A model generated the notes under the pieces. That model made no database searches and was not told where the DNA came from. It saw only the letters and a list, made by a program, of their open reading frames with translations. Position numbers and translations under genes: made by a program. From NCBI GenBank assembly GCA_013265495.1, contig MU058337.1:4024880-4088879 (forward strand): a DNA stretch of 64,000 bases, in the 5' to 3' direction. Positions 60,980 to 64,000 of this stretch are shown here, piece by piece (the stretch's first letter is position 1; every line of letters begins with the position of its first letter). This DNA is from Vicugna vicugna (taxonomy: Eukaryota).

Positions 60980-61850
60980 GACTCCTGGTTCCAGTAATAG
61001 CAGAGTGGCTCAGGGTGTGCTCAGCCTCCTACAGTTATCAATTGTAAACTCTGGCAAAAATATTAAAAAGAACTATTTGAGGGTAATGAATAGTCACCAA
61101 AGGCAGAAAGAAACCAAAAGGTGCTTGATTTTTTATTTAAAAAAAAAAAAGAACCTCCTAGGTGAGATCTATGATTACAAAGCTTTTCTCAGTCCATGCA
61201 GCATGGCATGGTGGAATTAAAGCAGAGAGCCACACAAGCTTGAGATGTCAGAGAAAATAATTTGGGATTGCCAGAGAATCTAAAAATTAAGGGAAAAAAA
61301 TCCCAGGAGAAGAAAGATACAGGGAAATTTCCTCAATTCTGTGTATCTCCCCTAAATCCTTGGTAGACTCCTGAGCAACTTATATGCAGGGGAGACTCCA
61401 AGCAGCAAAGCGGAAAGACAGAGTTGGATGTTTGAAAGAGCTGGGCATAGGTTTCAGCCTCTGCTGACCGCAGAAGAAACAACTTTGAGTTCCAATAAAT
61501 TAGAGGTGTTTTGTGAACACCTCAGGATTCCCATCAAAATCAAAGCAGAGCCCTGCCTCAAAAATAAAATCTGTGTCTCAAGGCTTAGAGTCTAGCCGTA
61601 AGACAAGACTAAGGACAAAACCAAGAGGCTCACTCTTACAAAATGAAAAGCCCATACAAGTCCAGTGTAATAAGCCAGTGATTTAACTGCCCCCTGGATC
61701 AATACACAACACCCTTTAGAGGAAGATTCCATAATTAAGGTAACTGCAATGTGTAATGCACAAAACCCAGTACACACTTGAGGAAACAAAACCTAGACAT
61801 GTGAGGAAACAGGAAAACGTGACCCATATCGAGAGAAAAAGTTATGATAT
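60980..61850 (+). mobile_element. L1 5' region remnant (L1MD-like)
   Basis: ttgtaaactctggcaaaaatatt..aactatttgagg, gatttaactgcc, gaaacaggaaaacgtgacccata. Confidence 0.6.
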
Positions 61851-63139
61851 CTAGAAAAAAACCTCAAAATGTGACATTTTGTCTTAATAAAAAGTAAAAT
61901 CCAGCATCCTTGCTCAAAAAAAAATCATCTAGAAACAAACAAGTTGAGATACATAACTAAGAATCCAACATGTAGTACCCGAGGTAAGAAAAAGAAGACA
62001 GGACTGTTTTGCAGCAGGGCTCCTAAGCCTCTCTTCCAACCGCCACCATTCTCTCATAAAGAGGGAGCGATATCCTAAAATTGGTCTATATATTCCAAAA
62101 TATAGAGCCAAGCAAACACAAGTGATACCCTTACAGTTTTTATCTTCAGATTTTTTCAATCAGGAGAAAGAGGTGACTATGAGGTGTGAACCACTTGGGG
62201 CTGTGTCATTGTCTATATTTTACACACTCTAAGTATACTGGAGAGCACGCCACAGCTTAAGGACAGAATACTCCTTCTTCAACAAGTGGAATAAAATCTG
62301 GCAAGGATATTTAGCAAAATCTGAAAAGCAAATAAAACCCAAGTATTTTAACACACACTTTAGCTAAGTTCTCCTGTGCATTAATGATCACAAAAAAGTA
62401 TAATAATAAAACCACCTGTAAAACTCTCTCTCATAAAATTAAAGAAAAATGTGCCAGATAAAGTATCAAAAGGTAAAAGAAAAGTTAGTAAAATTATTAC
62501 ATAAGACAGGAACTCTTAAATATTCATATTCAGACATGAGTAAAACAAGAAGAAACTGCATATTAAATATACAAATGTGAGAAAGTTGGAGGGAGGAGGA
62601 AAAAGGAGAAAGGAAAATATAGGGGGAAGGGAAGGAAAAGAGAGGAAAGAAGACAACAGTGTGCAAGTCATGGACAGTCAACCCACTCTGAGAGAAAACC
62701 TAAATCAAGGAACAGAAGGAAATTCTGTGTGAGTACTTCCGACTTTATAATAACTAAAAATAAATTCAGTAAGATAAAATTTAACATATTAAATGCTAAA
62801 ATTACATAATGGGTGTTACAGTAGTAAGTAAATAATTTAAGGACAAAAAGATGTATCATTTCCATGTTAAAAAATAATTTAGAAATGACAGGAAATCAAT
62901 CTCAGATGTTCTAATTAACTCACAGACTCAGGGGAATCCGTGTTATGGATATTGTTTTAAATCACTAAGCTTTGGGGTATTTTGTTACACAGCATTAAAA
63001 AAAAACTAAAATGCTAAAATAGAGGAATTTATAGTAAGCACTAAATCCATTTTAAAAGACTAAACATCCATGAAGCTTATAGTTATAAGGCAGGATGTAA
63101 ACATTATAATGATTGCAATGAGAAAAAGGATAGTAAGAC

Positions 63140-63665
63140 TAATCATAGCTCCCACTTCACTTGGACTATAAGCCAAGGTCCTCACAGCGGCCTCTAGGGC
63201 TCTGACTGGTCAGTCCTCCCACCCTGCAAACCTCTGTCCTGTTCTATTACTCTTCCAGCCCTGATGGCTTCCTGCTGTTCCTAGAATTGGCTGATGGGTT
63301 TGATCTAGCTTTCCTGTGCCTAGAATGGTTACCCCAGGCATCTGACTCCACTCACCTCTTCTCTGCCATCTTGCCTTCATAATGAGTTATTTGAGAGTAT
63401 AACCTTCTCTCACTCCCACACCTGTCACCCCTGCTCCTGCTTACCCTTTTTTTTTTGCTATTTTTATTCATTTTTATTTATTAAATTATCATCATGTTTA
63501 CCTTCATTATTTACCTCCTGTCTCCCCCTGACTCTACTATTAGTTCCACAAGGGCAATTTTACTCATTGTCATTTTGTTCACTGACCGTTTTATTCATTG
63601 ATGTATCCCAAACACCTAGAACAGTTCCTGGCTCTTAGCAGATGCTCAAACATATATGAGTTAAT
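63140..63665 (+). mobile_element. L2 3' end
   Basis: ttttgttcactg..tgtatcccaaacacctagaacagt.cctggc..agcagatgctcaa. Confidence 0.75.
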
Positions 63666-64000
63666 ACAGTTTGGAAGCTGGGAGGCAGAGAAGAAATGTG
63701 AGAATGCTGACTTTTCCTATCTTTTATGCTAGGGAGTCAACATTGCATAAAATTCAATGTGTTTTTAAATGCATTCAATGTCTTCTGCTTTCCATAATAC
63801 CCTCTCAATATTTATGTGAAGTTCTTTATTTGATATTTTTCTGATAAACTCGTATGATTTTTTCAAGATTTTACAAAAGTGTGCATACATGATCCCATTT
63901 TTATAAGCTTATCTTTATGCCAACAGAAAAACCTTATCCTTCCTTCCATTTATCCGCATAGGGACACCTCTGGCCCCACGCTCACTTAATATTAACAAAG

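Noticed and set aside
1..64000. Prokaryotic-type systems (CRISPR arrays, operons, defence islands)
   Set aside because: The sequence is mammalian (SINE, LINE and LTR content, CpG depletion), with no regularly spaced repeats or long ORFs.

Overview
Mammalian, non-coding-looking genomic DNA. It is most likely camelid (alpaca or camel), judging from four Vic-1-type tRNA-derived SINEs and camelid-style L1 3' ends. No intact protein-coding gene, tRNA, rRNA or CRISPR array is supportable, and the six-frame ORFs are chance ORFs or repeat-derived. Much of the window is old interspersed repeats (L1, L2, MIR, CR1/L3, MaLR/ERV LTRs, hAT and Tigger MITEs), plus blocks that resemble conserved non-coding enhancers and an orphan CpG island at about 1.9-2.45 kb. 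The main hidden structure is a roughly 23.6 kb minus-strand, multi-exon gene relic (about 34.3 kb to 10.7 kb). It has about 17 candidate exons with canonical splice sites. Its central exons join in one phase-consistent reading frame that is interrupted by scattered stops, several of them TGA (plausibly decayed CGA). It is headed by a small CpG-retaining promoter with NRF1, ETS, GC-box and MYB motifs, with DMRT- and RFX-type sites nearby. I read it as a candidate unitary pseudogene of an unidentified, probably germline gene that may still be transcribed as a lncRNA or piRNA precursor. I could not identify the parent protein. All repeat family names and motif calls are by-eye recognition, not search results.
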